From Trichechus inunguis (Eukaryota), in contig CM102164.1 of the NCBI GenBank assembly GCA_046562895.1, forward strand, positions 32,587,842 to 32,651,841: a stretch of 64,000 nucleotides of DNA, given 5' to 3'. Made by a program: the position numbers and the translations under genes. Of this stretch, positions 37,012 to 49,949 are shown piece by piece. The stretch's first letter is position 1; every line of letters starts with the position of its first letter. The notes beneath the pieces were generated by a model. It worked only from the letters and a program-made list of their open reading frames with translations. It was not told where the DNA came from and searched no databases.

Positions 37012-40000
37012 CATGGGAAGGACAGTCGTCCTTATCAGCTGTAGGGAGAAGGGTAGCTGGGTTTAAAGTAGCTACCGTATGTAATTGAATATTAGAGGCT
37101 ACCAGAAGAAGCACTTCATAGGAAACGAGTCTGCTGGCAGACAAATTTGAGTTAAAGCAGAATTAAGTAATGCAGATACAGCATGGGGTACATATATATT
37201 TAAAAGGTTTCCCAAAACTATATCTGCCATGTTTTCCACTAATTTTGCTGTAGTGGCCACCACCCTAAGGCATGGGGGAGGGTAGGTCCTGGCCATAGAG
37301 TCCAGCTGCAGGCTATAGAACCCACAGGCCTATTTTGTCCCCTTGTTTCTATGTAAGAACACCTAATGCATTACCAGAAACTCCATGCACAAAAAGTACA
37401 AAGTCCAAATAATAGTTAGGAAATCCTAAAGCAGGCATTTTAATCGAAGCTTGTTTTAACTTAGTATCACCCCTTGATTTTCTGAGGTAAGATAGAATGG
37501 ATCAGGTCAGATGTTTTCAAATATTTACATAAAGGCTGTGCTGTAAGAGAATAGTTAGGAATCCAGGCTTGATAATAACCACAAAGACCTAGAAATCCCC
37601 TTAATTTTTCTTTGTTTTAGGCAGGGGAAAAGCAGCACTAGCCTCTTTTCTCTTGGTGTCAATAGAAATGCCTTCTGCAGCGATCAAATGACCTAAGTGT
37701 TTGGCAGAAGGCCAAGCTAAGTGCAATTTCTCTTTTGAGACTTTATGTCTACAGCCAAATGTTTTAGCAGGTCTTTGCTGTTCTCCAAGCAAGCCTGTTG
37801 AGAGGTGGGACACACCAGCAAATGCTTGACATATTGTAATAAGGTAGATTTATTTCGAAATTGCAAAGGTTTCAAATCTGTGTACAAAAGTTGAGAAAAA
37901 ATAACTGGGAGACTGTAAAACCCTGAGGCATGACATTCGAGGTAAAGCGTTGATTTTCCCAAGTAAAAGCAAACAAATATCAACTCTTGGGTTTGACAGG
38001 AATGCTGAAAAATGCACTACAAAGGTCTATAACATTAAATCATACTGCTTCAGAAGGAACATTGGAAAGTAACAGTTGTGGGTTAGGGACAACAGGGTAT
38101 CTAGGGATAACAGTGCAATTTATTGCAAACAAATTCGAAACTAACCACCAACGTCTACTGTGAGGTTTCTTAACTGGAAGAATAGGGGTGTTATAAGAAC
38201 TAATGCAGGTGACAATTAACCCTTTAGAAATAACATCTTGAATAATAGGTGTTATTCCTTTTTTTCTTCTCATTTAAGTGAGTATTGTGGAATATTAAGC
38301 AAAGGCTTAGACATGTCCACTTGAATTTTAATAGTTTCAAAGGACAGAGCCCTGCCAACATCTGTAGAAATCATGACCCACAAAGTTTCAGGGACCTGAT
38401 AAATCACTTCACTGGGGAGAGAATCTGTTGGAACAGAATTTTGAAGAGGCATAGTAAGGGCTTGCACGTGGCAGATAGCCTCTTCTTTTTGAATGTTGTC
38501 TATTCCTGAGTGTTGATTATCATGCAAGATTAATAATATTTTCCCCTTTTCATTGTATTATAAATGGCAATCCATTTAGATAAAATATCTCTTTCTATTA
38601 AATTAACAGGGTTTCAGGACTTAGCAGAAAGGGACGCAAATTCTCTAATGAGGCAAGAGAAATTGGCATAGGTTGAGAATGAAATAGTGTTTGTTTCTTA
38701 TTTGTAACTCCCACTATAGTTGAAGTTTTTTATTCCGGGGCAGGGGCATTTTCAGGCACACAGGATTAGTTGCAGATAATGTAACCCCCAAATTAATTAA
38801 AAATTACACAGTTCTCCATTAATGTACGTAGTTGTTTTTCCTTGAGGGTTTAGAGCTGACATAGGAAAAGCCCTGTTTTGTCCCTGGGGCCCCTTCATTC
38901 TGAATCAGGGGAAGGAGGAGTGGTTGAGTTTGAAACCTTCTGTTTATTCTTTCAGTGGCCAGGTTTTTTACAACAGTTGCAGAGGCTAGTTTTAGGTCCA
39001 TTGAAGGGTTTGAAACCCTTTTTCTGGGCAGGCCCTTGTTGTAGCTTTTTGTAATTGAAGCACCATTATTTATTTAATTTGTTAGTTTGAGCAGTCTGCT
39101 TTGTTTCTAAAGTTTGGGCAAGCTCATGAGCTAAAGTAGTTAATTGCTCAATAGAAGCAGTCTTCCAATTTAAACAAGGTCTCTTGACTAATGCTGAGAT
39201 TTCAGACTTGAGGCCAGAAATAAATACTACGTTAAACATCTCTGTTTCTTCATCTGAAGGGTTCGACCCAGAATGTTCCAAAAACTTATAGAATAATGGG
39301 GATTGATAATCATAAACACTCTCATCTTGGCCTTGTTTACAAGAATGAACTTTCGTCCCATCTATTTTTTTGGAGGAAAGTCCTTATGGATTGCATCTTC
39401 TACGTCTTTGCCCTTCTCTTGAGCATATGCGAGAAGGATTTCAGCCGTTTTTGCTGTATTCAAAGCTAAATCATCTTAGGGATCTTTTCACTTAGCATGT
39501 TTTAACCATAATTTGGCTTCCCCGGGGCCAACTAACATATGGACTAATTGATATAAATTAGCCAATCCTGGTTGATAGGCACTAATAAGGACTTTGAATT
39601 CCTTAGCTAATCAATAAGGATTCTCATGTAAATTTGGAAAATCTTTAGCAATGCTGTGTAATTCTCTACAAGTCCAGGGAATGAAAGAAATAACAGTATT
39701 CTTTGGATTTACCCTAGTGCCCACTCCAGGTTCTGCAGGACAAATTTTAAAAGGTATTTCATGAAAAGGCTTTGACTTTGCTTTTTTTTAATTTTGGACT
39801 CCCTTCTTCTGAATTCCCTTTTGAACTCTCTAGTTTTAGCCTTCTAATTCTGGGCTGTTTGGCTTTGAATCTTTAGCAGATTCTTCTCTGGCTTTAAATC
39901 TTTAGTAGCTTCTCTTTCTGAGAAGAAAAGAAGTTCAGACAGAGAGTTTCCAGATAGATAAACAGGCAGAGGAGGATACAGAGAAGAGGCTGCTGGCAGG

Positions 40001-41867
40001 GAGGCAGAGGAAGTTGCAGCGGAGGTTGTCAGAGAAGGGTACAGAGAAACAGCTGCTGGAAGAGGGGCAGAGGGAGCTGCAATGGGAGGGCATAAGTACA
40101 GCAGAGCTCTGGCTTTCTAATTTTTTATTTTTCTTAGTGAATTCAGAAACTGAATTCTGCAATTCTTTTTCTGTTCAGTCAGTTTGGATACGGAATTCTG
40201 CAGAGAAGTTGTTTTACTTTGTTGATGTCATTTTGATGCTACAAATTACCAGTTAGAAAAATTGTCCCATTGAAATTTTTTATCTGAGACCCTTTTTTTG
40301 TAGCTCACTGTGCAGAAAAATTATCTTAGAAAGTTTAAATGTCCCATTAAGTCGCCACTCATCCAAACTGCCTTTGTCAAGTCATGCCAAGCAGACAAAA
40401 ATAAGCAAGAAGAAGAACCATAATGCTCGTTCATATAATGAGTGGGAGTCCTCGGAGGGGGCTCAGTATTGCACTTAGGTTTGGCATTTCTCATATTTCC
40501 AGAGGCAGTGTAATGTTAGCTTCGGAAGCTTTTCAAAGGTCAGAGGTCTCAGCTTCTCAGAACCAACTAATATCCCTGACAAAGGAGTGCCACAGAGCTT
40601 GGAAATGCAGCTTTTTATGGTTCTGAGCTCCCTAAACAGTGACTATAAGATACCTAAAACAAAGAAACTTATACTCCGTTTAAAAGACAGAGAAAAAAGA
40701 GGAAGACAAACCTTCAACAAAAGTTTGGGCAGCCTGTACACAAAGTAAATGGGGCTCGAACCCAAGAGGTGTTTACCTGCCACAATTCCTGGGATCCCGC
40801 AAAAAGCAGACAGGCCCAAGAGGCCTTTGCTGGTGCCAGAAGCCTCGATTTTCTCACTACCCTGGATGCTGCAGAGGTAAAAATCCTTTGGATCTCTTCG
40901 TGGTTGCCAAGAAATGTACTAGTGAAGTCACTAGAGTGATGCTTCAATAGAAATTAAAAAATTTATTGAAGGAATAATTTCATTTCACAAAATGGAGAAA
41001 CACATGGCATTCAGGTAGACTGCAGTGCATGTTCTACCTTGCAGGGGAAACAGCAGGGTATTTAACAGGCAGAATAAACAAAGGCAAATAGATTTATATC
41101 AAAGGGAGTGCAGGGGAAGGAAGGGGATTTACAAGGGGTTGTCAAACTACAAACTTTCTTAACATTTATTTTTAGCCTAACACAAATATCTTATTCCTGA
41201 TACAGTTTGATTAAGGCAATATTTCTAAAGTGGGACATATAAACATTCTTGAAATGTGTTTTAGTGATGGATTGCAGGCTGACTCAAGTCTAGTTAGAGT
41301 ACTTGAAATGTAAAGCTGACCATTTAATTGGAGAACAGCTCTAAATCTGAAGGCTTTTGAAATGTAAACATTGCCCATCTGGCTAAGGGGGAGTGAGTTA
41401 GGGCCCAGGAATTCACTGGGTGAATTCCCTGAAAGCAGTTAAAATAGCAAGTTAATTTACATAAGTTAAAACTCAAATCTCTGCAGTCTTTGTGTTACAA
41501 ACAGTCAAGGGTTTTAAAGCTGTAATCTACATCCTTATTTTAACAAACTTAGTCTCTACCTAGTTTCACATTTACAGAGAAATAGCAGAAATACTGTGAA
41601 AAAATCCCGGTGAGCAAAGATTTAATCTGAGAGTCAGGATGTGGAACTAAGACTTGATATAAACTTACCTTGGCTATAAAGTTATTTACCATTTTGTAGA
41701 GTAACAACTTTCACCAAAGCCTTCTACATGGATAAAATATAGCGACTATCAGGATTATTGCTATGATTAAACAGACTAAACCACAAATTTCAGTCTAGTG
41801 TATTTAACACTCCCATTTTCAATACACAATGATTACAATAGAAAATAAGGTGAGTTAGTATAAACCC

Positions 41868-41935
41868 GTTGCTATCTAGTTGATTCCAACTCATAACAAC
41901 CCTATAGGATAGAGTAGAACTGCCCTGTCTTAGTC
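41868..41935 (-). mobile_element. AfroSINE fragment (3' tail only)
   Basis: cccgttgctatctagttgattccaactcataacaaccctataggatagagtagaactgccctg. Confidence 0.6.
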
Positions 41936-42441
41936 ATCTAGTGCTGCTATAACAGAAATACCACAAGTGGATGGCTTCTAACAAAGAGAAGTTTATTCTC
42001 TCACAGTCCAGTAGGCTACAAGTCCAAATTCAGGGCATCAGCTCCAGGAGAAGGCCCCCTCTCTCTGTTGTCTCTGGAGGAAGGTCCTTGTGATGCATCA
42101 GTCTTCCCTTGGTCTGGGAGCATCTCAGCACAGGAACCTCAGGTCCAAAGGACATACTCTGCTCCTGGCACTGCTTTCTTGGTGGTGTGAGGTTCCCATG
42201 TGTCTCTGCTCGCTTCTCTCTTTTATATCTCACAACAGATTGGCTTAACACAGTATCCAATCTTGTAAACCTTATCAGTATAACTACCACTAATCCATCT
42301 TATTAGATCACAGTGATTGACTTTACAACACGTAAGGAAATCACATCAGAAAACAAAATGGTACACAATCATACAATACTGGGAATCATGACCCAGCCAA
42401 GTTGACAGATATGTTTTGGGGACACAGTTCAATCCATGACG

Positions 42442-42536
42442 TGCCCCATAGAGTTTCCAACGAGCGACTGGTGGATTCAAACTACTGACCTTTGGTTAGC
42501 AGCTGTAGCTCTTAACCACTGCACCACCAAGGCTCT
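42442..42536 (-). mobile_element. AfroSINE fragment (tRNA-like head only)
   Basis: Reverse complement: ccccatagagtttccaacgagcgactggtggattcaaactactgacctttggttagcagctgtagctcttaaccactgcaccaccaaggctc. Confidence 0.7.
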
Positions 42537-42557
42537 GTAAGTTAGTATAAACCAAAA

Positions 42558-42654
42558 AACCAAACCCATTGCCTTTGAATCGATTCTGACTCATAGCGAC
42601 CCTATAGGACAGAGTAGAACTGCCCCACAGGTTTTCCAAGGGGCGCCTGGTGGA
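42558..42654 (-). mobile_element. AfroSINE fragment (tail and body, head missing)
   Basis: Reverse complement: cccattgcctttgaatcgattctgactcatagcgaccctataggacagagtagaactgccccacagg... Confidence 0.7.
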
Positions 42655-43398
42655 TAAGTTGTACTAATTCAGCCAACTGGATTTTCTATTCCTTCACTTT
42701 CTGATGTAGGTTGGAGGGAAGGTTTGGCCCTCGGTAGAGGACAATTGGTGGTGGTGCATGGGGCAGCTTTTAAACTTCAGTTTTCATTCTCCTGCTGGTT
42801 CAGTACCCCATTTAGGAACTTTGGTTTTTTTAAGCTGGGAGAGATGTATGTAATTTAGTCGCACAATCATTAGCTAATAGCACTAAATAAGGTCCTTTCC
42901 ATCAAGGTTCGAGGGAATCTTTAATTTGGTGATGTTTCCAATACACATAATCTCCTGGTTCAGGTTTATAATTTGAAGAATTGGAAACAGGTGTGCTTGT
43001 TTGATACGCATGTTGCAGCTAGTAAGCATGATCTTTAATATACTGAACTAAGCCTTGACAATATTTTAACAGATTAGTAGAAAGGAGATTTGACTCAGTA
43101 TTGTTAACCTCATAAGGTAAAGCCATAGGGTGACCAGTTATAATTTCTAAAGGGGTTAGCTTGCGAGGACCAAAGGGAGTTGATCTTAAATTCATTAACA
43201 GCAGGGGAAAAGCCTGAGGCAAAGCCAGTCCTAATGAAGAGGTTAATTTATCTAACTGGTTCTTTGTAATACCATTGGTTCTTTTTACCAGTCCTGAGGA
43301 TTGGGAACGATGTGGACAGTGCGGGTGCTGTAGGATGGGAAAAATTTGTACATACCGGTTACTGCTTGCCTAGTAAAATGAGTTCCTTGATCACTACA

Positions 43399-43700
43399 GA
43401 GAATTCCTGAAGCACCCTAAGTAGAAATTATATTTTCTAAAAGCTTCTTTTCCAGAAAGGTGGCAGTGGCGTTGCTACAAGGAAAAACCTCTACCCATTG
43501 AGAATATCTACAAATCATGACAGATACATATTTGTATATCTGTGAAGGAGAGAATTCCTGAAGCACCCTAAGTAGAAATTATATTTTCTAAAAGCTTCTT
43601 TTCCAGAAAGGTGGCAGTGGCGTTGCTACAAGGAAAAACCTCTACCCATTGAGAATATCTACAAATCATGACAGATACATATTTGTATATCCGTGAAGGA
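43399..43700. repeat. Two tandem copies of a 151-bp unit (43399-43549 and 43550-43700) inside the ERV copy 2 integrase. They differ at a single base.
   Basis: gagaattcctgaagcaccctaagtagaaattatattttctaaaagcttcttttccagaaaggtggcagtggcgttgctacaaggaaaaacctctacccattgagaatatctacaaatcatgacagatacatatttgtatatc(t/c)gtgaagga appears twice, head to tail. Confidence 0.9.
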
Positions 43701-44579
43701 GTTAATTGAGTAAAATCCATTTGCCATTCGAACATAGGTCCGATAGGAAAAGGGTACCTGCCAACAGAGGTTCTGAGTGCTTTCACTGGATTAAATTCAG
43801 CACAGGTTGGGCATTGTCTGCGTAGCTTATCTGCAGCCCTCCAAAAGTAACGCCAATAGTATTTCTTCATTCTTTTTACTGTCTTATCCCATCCTAAATG
43901 ATCTCGTAAATGAAAGCTAGTAGCCACTGTGATGTGTAAATCCTTACGGAGTACAGACTGATTATTTGGTCCCATCCACAATCCTGATTGCTGGTTTACC
44001 TGACATCCTTCAGCTTTCTGTTGATCTTGTTCTGAGGAAGGGGTTGCTTTTTGATGTAGAGATAAGCTATGCCATTTTTCTTCCACCTCTTTCCCTGGAT
44101 CCTCAATCCAAGGTTCGGGGGGTGATACCTTATATTTTCAGTTCCTCCAGCCATTAGCAGTAGTGTAAATTCTGACACTAGTCCACTTCCTACCTCATAT
44201 AGATAATGGGTTGCAGCCTTAAAATTTCCCCAGAAACTTTGATCTAAAAAGGCAATTATTAGATCTTCCTCCCATATAGATTTGATTTCAAATAGACAAG
44301 TTAATCATAATGTAAGGTGGAGACCTTGGTCTGTTTCTGGGCCACATCCATAATTGGGTGGTGTTGTCTAGATAACACTCCCTTGAGACCCAACTAAGTA
44401 CTTCTTCTGGAGCTAACTGCTGATGTTGTTTTATTGTTTGAAAACATAGGTAAGTTATGAATGGTGATTGGGAGTTAACAAGAGGAGGGGGAAGACCTCT
44501 AATTCTTTTATGTTGAATTTTTGGGAAGCCTGTGCTAATTCCCTTAAAATGAGTTGAATAAAGAAAATGTTCTATATCC

Positions 44580-45250
44580 TCCTTTGGTGAGTAGCATCTG
44601 GGGTCTTAAAAGCTTGTGAGTGGCCATCTAAGATACTTTACTGGTCCCTCCCCGTGTAGAGCAAGGGAGAATGAAAACCAAAAACACAATGGAAAGATTA
44701 GGCCAAAGGACTAATGGACCACAGCTACCAGAGCCTCCACCAGACTTCCAACACAACTAGATGGTGCCTGGCTACCAACACCGGCTGCTCTGACAGGGAT
44801 CACAATAGAGGGTCCTGAACAGAGCTGGAGAAAACTGTAGAACAAAATTCTAACTCACAAAAGAAGACCAGACTTGCTGGTCTGACAGAGGCTGGAGGAA
44901 CCCCCTAGAGTATGGCCCCCAGACACCCTTATAGCTCAGTACTGAAGTCACTCCTGAGGGTCACTGTTCAGCCAAAGAATAGACAAGCACACAAAACAAA
45001 ACAAGACTAAATGGGCGCACTAGCCCAGGGGTAAGGAGGGGAAGGCAGGAGGGGACAGGAAAGCTGGTAATGGGGAACCCAAGGTCAAGAAGGGGAGAGT
45101 GGTAAAGGGGTAACATGTCGTGCAGTTGGCAACCAATGTCACAAAACAATATGTGTATTAATTTTTTAATGAGAAACTAATTTGCTGGGTAAACCTTCAT
45201 CTAAAGTACAATAAAAAATAAAAATTAACCCCCCCCCCCCCCACACACAA
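44580..45250 (+). mobile_element. L1 3' UTR fragment (sense) inserted inside ERV copy 2. A C14 run sits where the poly(A) tail is expected.
   Basis: tagcatctggggtcttaaaagcttgtgagtggccatctaagatactttactggtcc... is collinear with the 4660-5352 copy. It ends ...aaaaataaaaattaa then 14 C (45229-45242) then cacacacaa. Confidence 0.6.
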
Positions 45251-48096
45251 ATGAGTTGAGCTCCTATTTGGCTCAGTTGTTGAGACTAAGTATTTCTGAA
45301 TGGGGGTCTGAGCAGCCAATTTAGCAGCTTTGTCAGCCCGCCTATTTCCCTTGTTTTGGGGCCTCATTTGGGTTGATGAGCTTGTATTTTTATTACTGCT
45401 ATTCCAGCAAATTGGCCATTAAAGTACCATTCTTTAGGGGTTGTTCTGAGGAAGTTAAAAATTTCCTGTTTCCGTAACATTCCCAAATCAGGAATTATTC
45501 CATTCTCATAATGAGAATCAGTGTATATATTGACCGACTGGCCAACTTACATGCTCTTGTTAAGGCTATAAGCTCAGCTTGTTGGGCCGAGGTTACCTCA
45601 GGGAAGACTCTGCTTTCCAACACCTCTACTGCGGTACAGATGGCATATCCTCCATGATACCTAGGACTAGAAGCTTTGGGTTTTAGGTAGGAGCTATCTA
45701 CAAACAGCACAAGTGAAGCGTTGGAGAGCAGAGTTTCTTGCAGATTTATTCTAGGAGATAAAAGTTGATCTGTTAAATCAAAACTGTCATGATCAATGTC
45801 ATTATCGTTGAGATCAGGCATGAGGGCAGCTGGATTTAAGGCCCTGATGGTGTGTAATCTAAGGTTGGGGGCAACTAGAAGAGCTTCATATGAAATTAGT
45901 CAGCTAGCAGAAAGGTGTTGCATTAGAGTAGAATTTAAGATGGCAGAAACTGCATGTAGAACTTGTACAACTAGATTATTTCCCAATACTATATCAGCTG
46001 TTGTTTCTACTAATTTGGCAGTGGCTGTAAGTGCTCGAAGACATGAAAGATAAGCTTTGACTACTGGATTTAATTGTATGCTATAGTAACCTACAGGTGT
46101 CTGTCTGTCTGTCTCCATGTTTCTGAGTTAAGACTCCTAAGGCATTCCTTTGTCTTTCAGAAAGGGAAAGAGAGAAATCCAAGGAATAGTTAGGGAATCC
46201 AAGAGTGGAGTGTGAGTTAGAGATGCTTTTTGTTTGGTTATGGTTTGTACAGCTTCCACAGGTAGCTCAAAAAGTTCAGAGATATTATCCTGAAGATATA
46301 CATAAAGAAGTTGTGCTAACAAGGAGAAATTTGAAATCCAAGTTCTACAGTATCCATATAATCCCCCAAATCTCTTTAACTGTTTTTTTTTGCTGTAGGT
46401 ATAGGGTAGGAGAAGATAGCTTGTTTTCATTTTGAGTCAATTGAGATTCCTTCTGCTGAGATTAAATAACCAAGATATTTTACTCGTGGAAGAGCAAACT
46501 ATAATTTCTCCCTTGTTGCCTTATGCCCTCTAACAGCCAGATGATGTAAATAACAGACTATCTTGTATGTTTGCTTGCTTGGTGTTAGAACAGGCTAAGA
46601 GATCTTCAACATACCGGAGTAATACAAATTTATGTTCAAACTGTAAAGGCAACAATTCAGCATGTAAAATTGAGGAAAAGTAGGTGGGGCTCTCAGTGAA
46701 TCTTTGGGGCATGACAGTCCAAGAATGTTGTTGATTATTCCACGTAAACACAAACAAAAATTGGCTGCCTGGATGAACCAGAATACTGAAAAAAGTGCTG
46801 CAGAGGTCACTGTCTGTAAACCATATGGCATCTGGTGGAATTTAGGCTAATAGCAAATGTGGATTTAGGGATTTAGATCAGCAGGGGTTTGAAGGATAAC
46901 AATGTGGTTAATAGCTCTAAGATATTGTACAAATCGCCAACCACGGTTATTAGGTTTCCTGACAGGCAATAGTGGGGTATTACAAGGGCTAGTACATGGA
47001 ACTGTTAATCCCTTTTCTAAAAAATCTTGGATGATAGGTTTCAGTCATTCCTTTGCTTCAGGTTTTAAAGGGTATTGAGCTATTTTAGGTAAGGGCTTAG
47101 TAGGGTCTATTTGGACCTTAATAGGTTCAGCCAATAGAATGTTGCTGACATCGGTCGATGAGGAAGCCCATAATTGTGACGGTATTTGATTAAGAATTTG
47201 TCTCGTTTTCTAAAGTCAGGGCATCCTCATCCTCTGATACCAAAAGACCTTGTAATAAACAAAGGATTTCTTCTATTTCAGGCATCTAGGTCTTATCTTC
47301 ATTTTCAATGTCAGGGAAATTGAGTAATATATCCCCTGCATCTGTAAACTGAATACGGCATTTCCATTTGGAAAGAAAGTCACACCGTAACAAATTTGCA
47401 GGAGTACTATAGCTTAGTAAAAATGGGTGGAAGTCTTCTATTGGCTCCAAAGAAACTGGTATGGGTTAAAATTTTTTCCTCATTGGAAAACCCTGTGGCA
47501 CGAGAAGTCTGAGTAACCCCGGGAAGAGGCCTTTGCAAACTTGTAGGGTTGATTGCAATAGTGTCGTACCCGTGTCCACAAGGAAGGTACAAGGCTCCCC
47601 ATTTACTTGGAGCGTTGTCTGGAGGATTACTGCCAAAGTCTCTATAAGCTCCCTGGGGTATCATTGCACTGATTTTTGTAAAAGTGGCACTGAATGAGTC
47701 ACCTTTTGCTTATTCTTAAGCTTAAAACAATCCATTTTAAACTGCAGGTTTCTAGCAGTAGTTACAGACGATGGAAGCAATATTATTGGTAGGAGAATTC
47801 CTTTGCTTTGGCTTTGCTCCCATAGCTTTCTGTAACTGCTGCAGTTGGAGAGCCATTTATTTTTCTTTGCTTCTTTCTTTTGCTGTTCCATTGTTTGGTT
47901 TAATTTATAGGCTAAAGTGGCTAATTCAGAAGTATCAATAGTTTCCCAATTTAACTATACATTTTTACCATTTGGGCTAATTCAGGATTCAGTCCTCCTC
48001 CAAATAGTGAATTAAAGGTGACCTTAGCCCCTTCATCGGTAATTTTTAACCCTGAATGTTCTATAAACATTTTAGTTAACCTGTCTCTATAATTAG

Positions 48097-48258
48097 AGCC
48101 CTGGTGGCACAGTGGTTAATTGCTCAGGCTGCTAACCAAAAGGTTGGCAGTTGGAACCCACTAGCCGCTCCTTGGAAACCGTATGGGGCAGTTCTGCTCT
48201 GTCCTATAGGGTTGCTATGAGTCAAAATCGACTCGATGGCAATGGGTTTTTGGTTTTT
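48097..48258 (+). mobile_element. AfroSINE, nested in ERV copy 2 gag region, with a flanking tctctataatt duplication
   Basis: agagccctggtggcacagtggttaattgctcaggctgctaaccaaaaggttggcagttggaacccactagcc...gttgctatgagtcaaaatcgactcgatggcaatgggtttttgg. Flanks are ctctataatt|...|ctctataattatag. Confidence 0.85.
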
Positions 48259-49949
48259 GTATCTCTATAATTATAGATAGACTCATCTTTTTCTTGCATG
48301 CAAGCTTGTAATTTTGTCCAATTGATTTTTGGAGGGAAAACTTAGAAGAAAACAATCTGTAAGTTCTCCTAATAATTTTCTTGGTTTCTGTTCTAACAGT
48401 TGTATCTGAGGCACCTATAGGGACACTTAAAGTTTTTTCAGGATCTACCCATTTTGCTACTACCATCCACTGATGGGCATCACTGGGACCTAACAACGTC
48501 TTTATTAAATTATAGATATCAGCGGCACTGGGCTCATATGTGTCAGCTAATGTGCTAAATTCATGAATAAATTTGTGGGTATTTTCCCTTGGATCAGGGG
48601 ACTCTTTTACAATGGCCCTAAGTTCAGCCTTGTGGAAGAGACCTCAGGGTTCCTGCCTTAGGCCCTTTGTTTAACTACCAAGGGCATGGTGGGACCAATG
48701 TCTTTTGACCTAGCAAATGACATTTCAGATAAAGCCGAATTCTCTAAGTCTGGATAGAGATTGGAAGGCAATTATTTGACTGAGTCTAATTTTGTACTGC
48801 CTTCTAACCCTTTTTGCAATGTTTGAATTTGTTTGGCCTACTTAGACACTACTTCCTGTAGAGGGCAAATTTGTCATGATGTTGTCATCGAGATTTCTCA
48901 AAATACCAATTATAAAAAATTTCCCCCTGTGGTTGCTTTACATGAGACCCTTGACTTTCTAGTTGACATCTCTAATATAATATTTTAGCCAAATCAAAAC
49001 TTCCCCATAGGGGCCATTGCTCAGCCTCATGGTCCTTAGTGAGATTGTGCCATTTTTCTAAATAATGACCAGCAGTAGCACCAAAATTTCAAACCATGTA
49101 GGCAGCAGGGGTCCCGGATGGGGGCTTTTATCACTCTTGTTATTATTATTTCCCATTTTTTTTTATTAGCTAACACAGAAAAGAACAGGAGACAAAAAAG
49201 AGAAACAGAAACACAACCATAAAATCAAGAACTGCAGTTTTACCAAAAGTCCTTCAGAGGGAGCTTGCAAACAAAAATCTCAAAATGAAGCTTCAAACGA
49301 AAGTTTCCAAAGCTGTTTAACAGAAATATGTCACAATAATGTCTCCTGTTATACAGAAGGGCAATAAAGTTCGTACTTTGATAGCGCTTACCTCAGTTGG
49401 AGGATCTTTGAAGGGTTCCGGAGTGTAAGAAGCAGAATACAATGGATCTGCTGTGGCACCAATAAGCAGTTCTCGTCTCCTGGAAATCCGATGAGGAATT
49501 CACTAGTGAAGACTCTGCTCATGCTGTGCCAATGTGTTGTAGAGTAACAACTTTCACCAAAGCCTTCTGCAGCAAAGAGTTTTATTGGTTGCAAGCACTC
49601 AGGCTATCAACAGACCAAAATCCAAAGAAATACAATCGATAAGTGCTCTTTATACAATTTTGACAGGTGCTGATTCATTATGAGTAAGGGTTTTTCAACA
49701 TGCCCTTTACAATCATTAGAATACATACTTATGAGTAAATTACTTACAGAATGTGATTGGTTAAAGTAAAGACAAAGAATTAAGAGCATCATTGGGTGAC
49801 CTTTTCTTGTTTTTCTTTTTAACAATTTAGTCTCTTGGCTCAGGGGTCCTGGGTCTATGATGGTTATTTTTTGTTATGTGGGCTACTTGTGATATTGGGT
49901 AGATCTTTAACTTGCTTCCTGGAGTAAATTGTTATTTAGGTTTTTTTTT

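Larger units (their letters stand above)
35310..41860 (-). mobile_element. ERV copy 1 (gammaretrovirus-like), minus strand: integrase, RNase H, RT, protease, gag and a putative 5' LTR at about 40650-41860. The pol sequence is degenerate.
   Basis: Minus ORFs include 35722..35910, an IN zinc finger (H…HCSTCPHYKPGKH). 35252..35500 is the IN core (GLVERINGIIKTQLAKL…LPWTTV…LNLRSTP). 37099..37296 is the RT connection region. 37717..37983 is the RT YXDD region (LLQYVKHLLVC). 38040..38273 is the RT N-terminus (…CISSYNTPILPVKKPHSRRWWLVSNLFAINCTVIPRYPVVPNP…). 39066..39281 is gag-like. AfroSINEs are nested at 36328-36487 and 36857-37011. Element ends are uncertain. Confidence 0.7.

Noticed and set aside
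40740-40775. tRNA/PBS-like motif aaatggggctcgaacccaagagg next to the putative ERV copy 1 5' LTR
   Set aside because: Its orientation and sequence do not fit an 18-nt primer-binding site complementary to a tRNA 3' end (…CCA) for a minus-strand provirus. It is probably coincidental.
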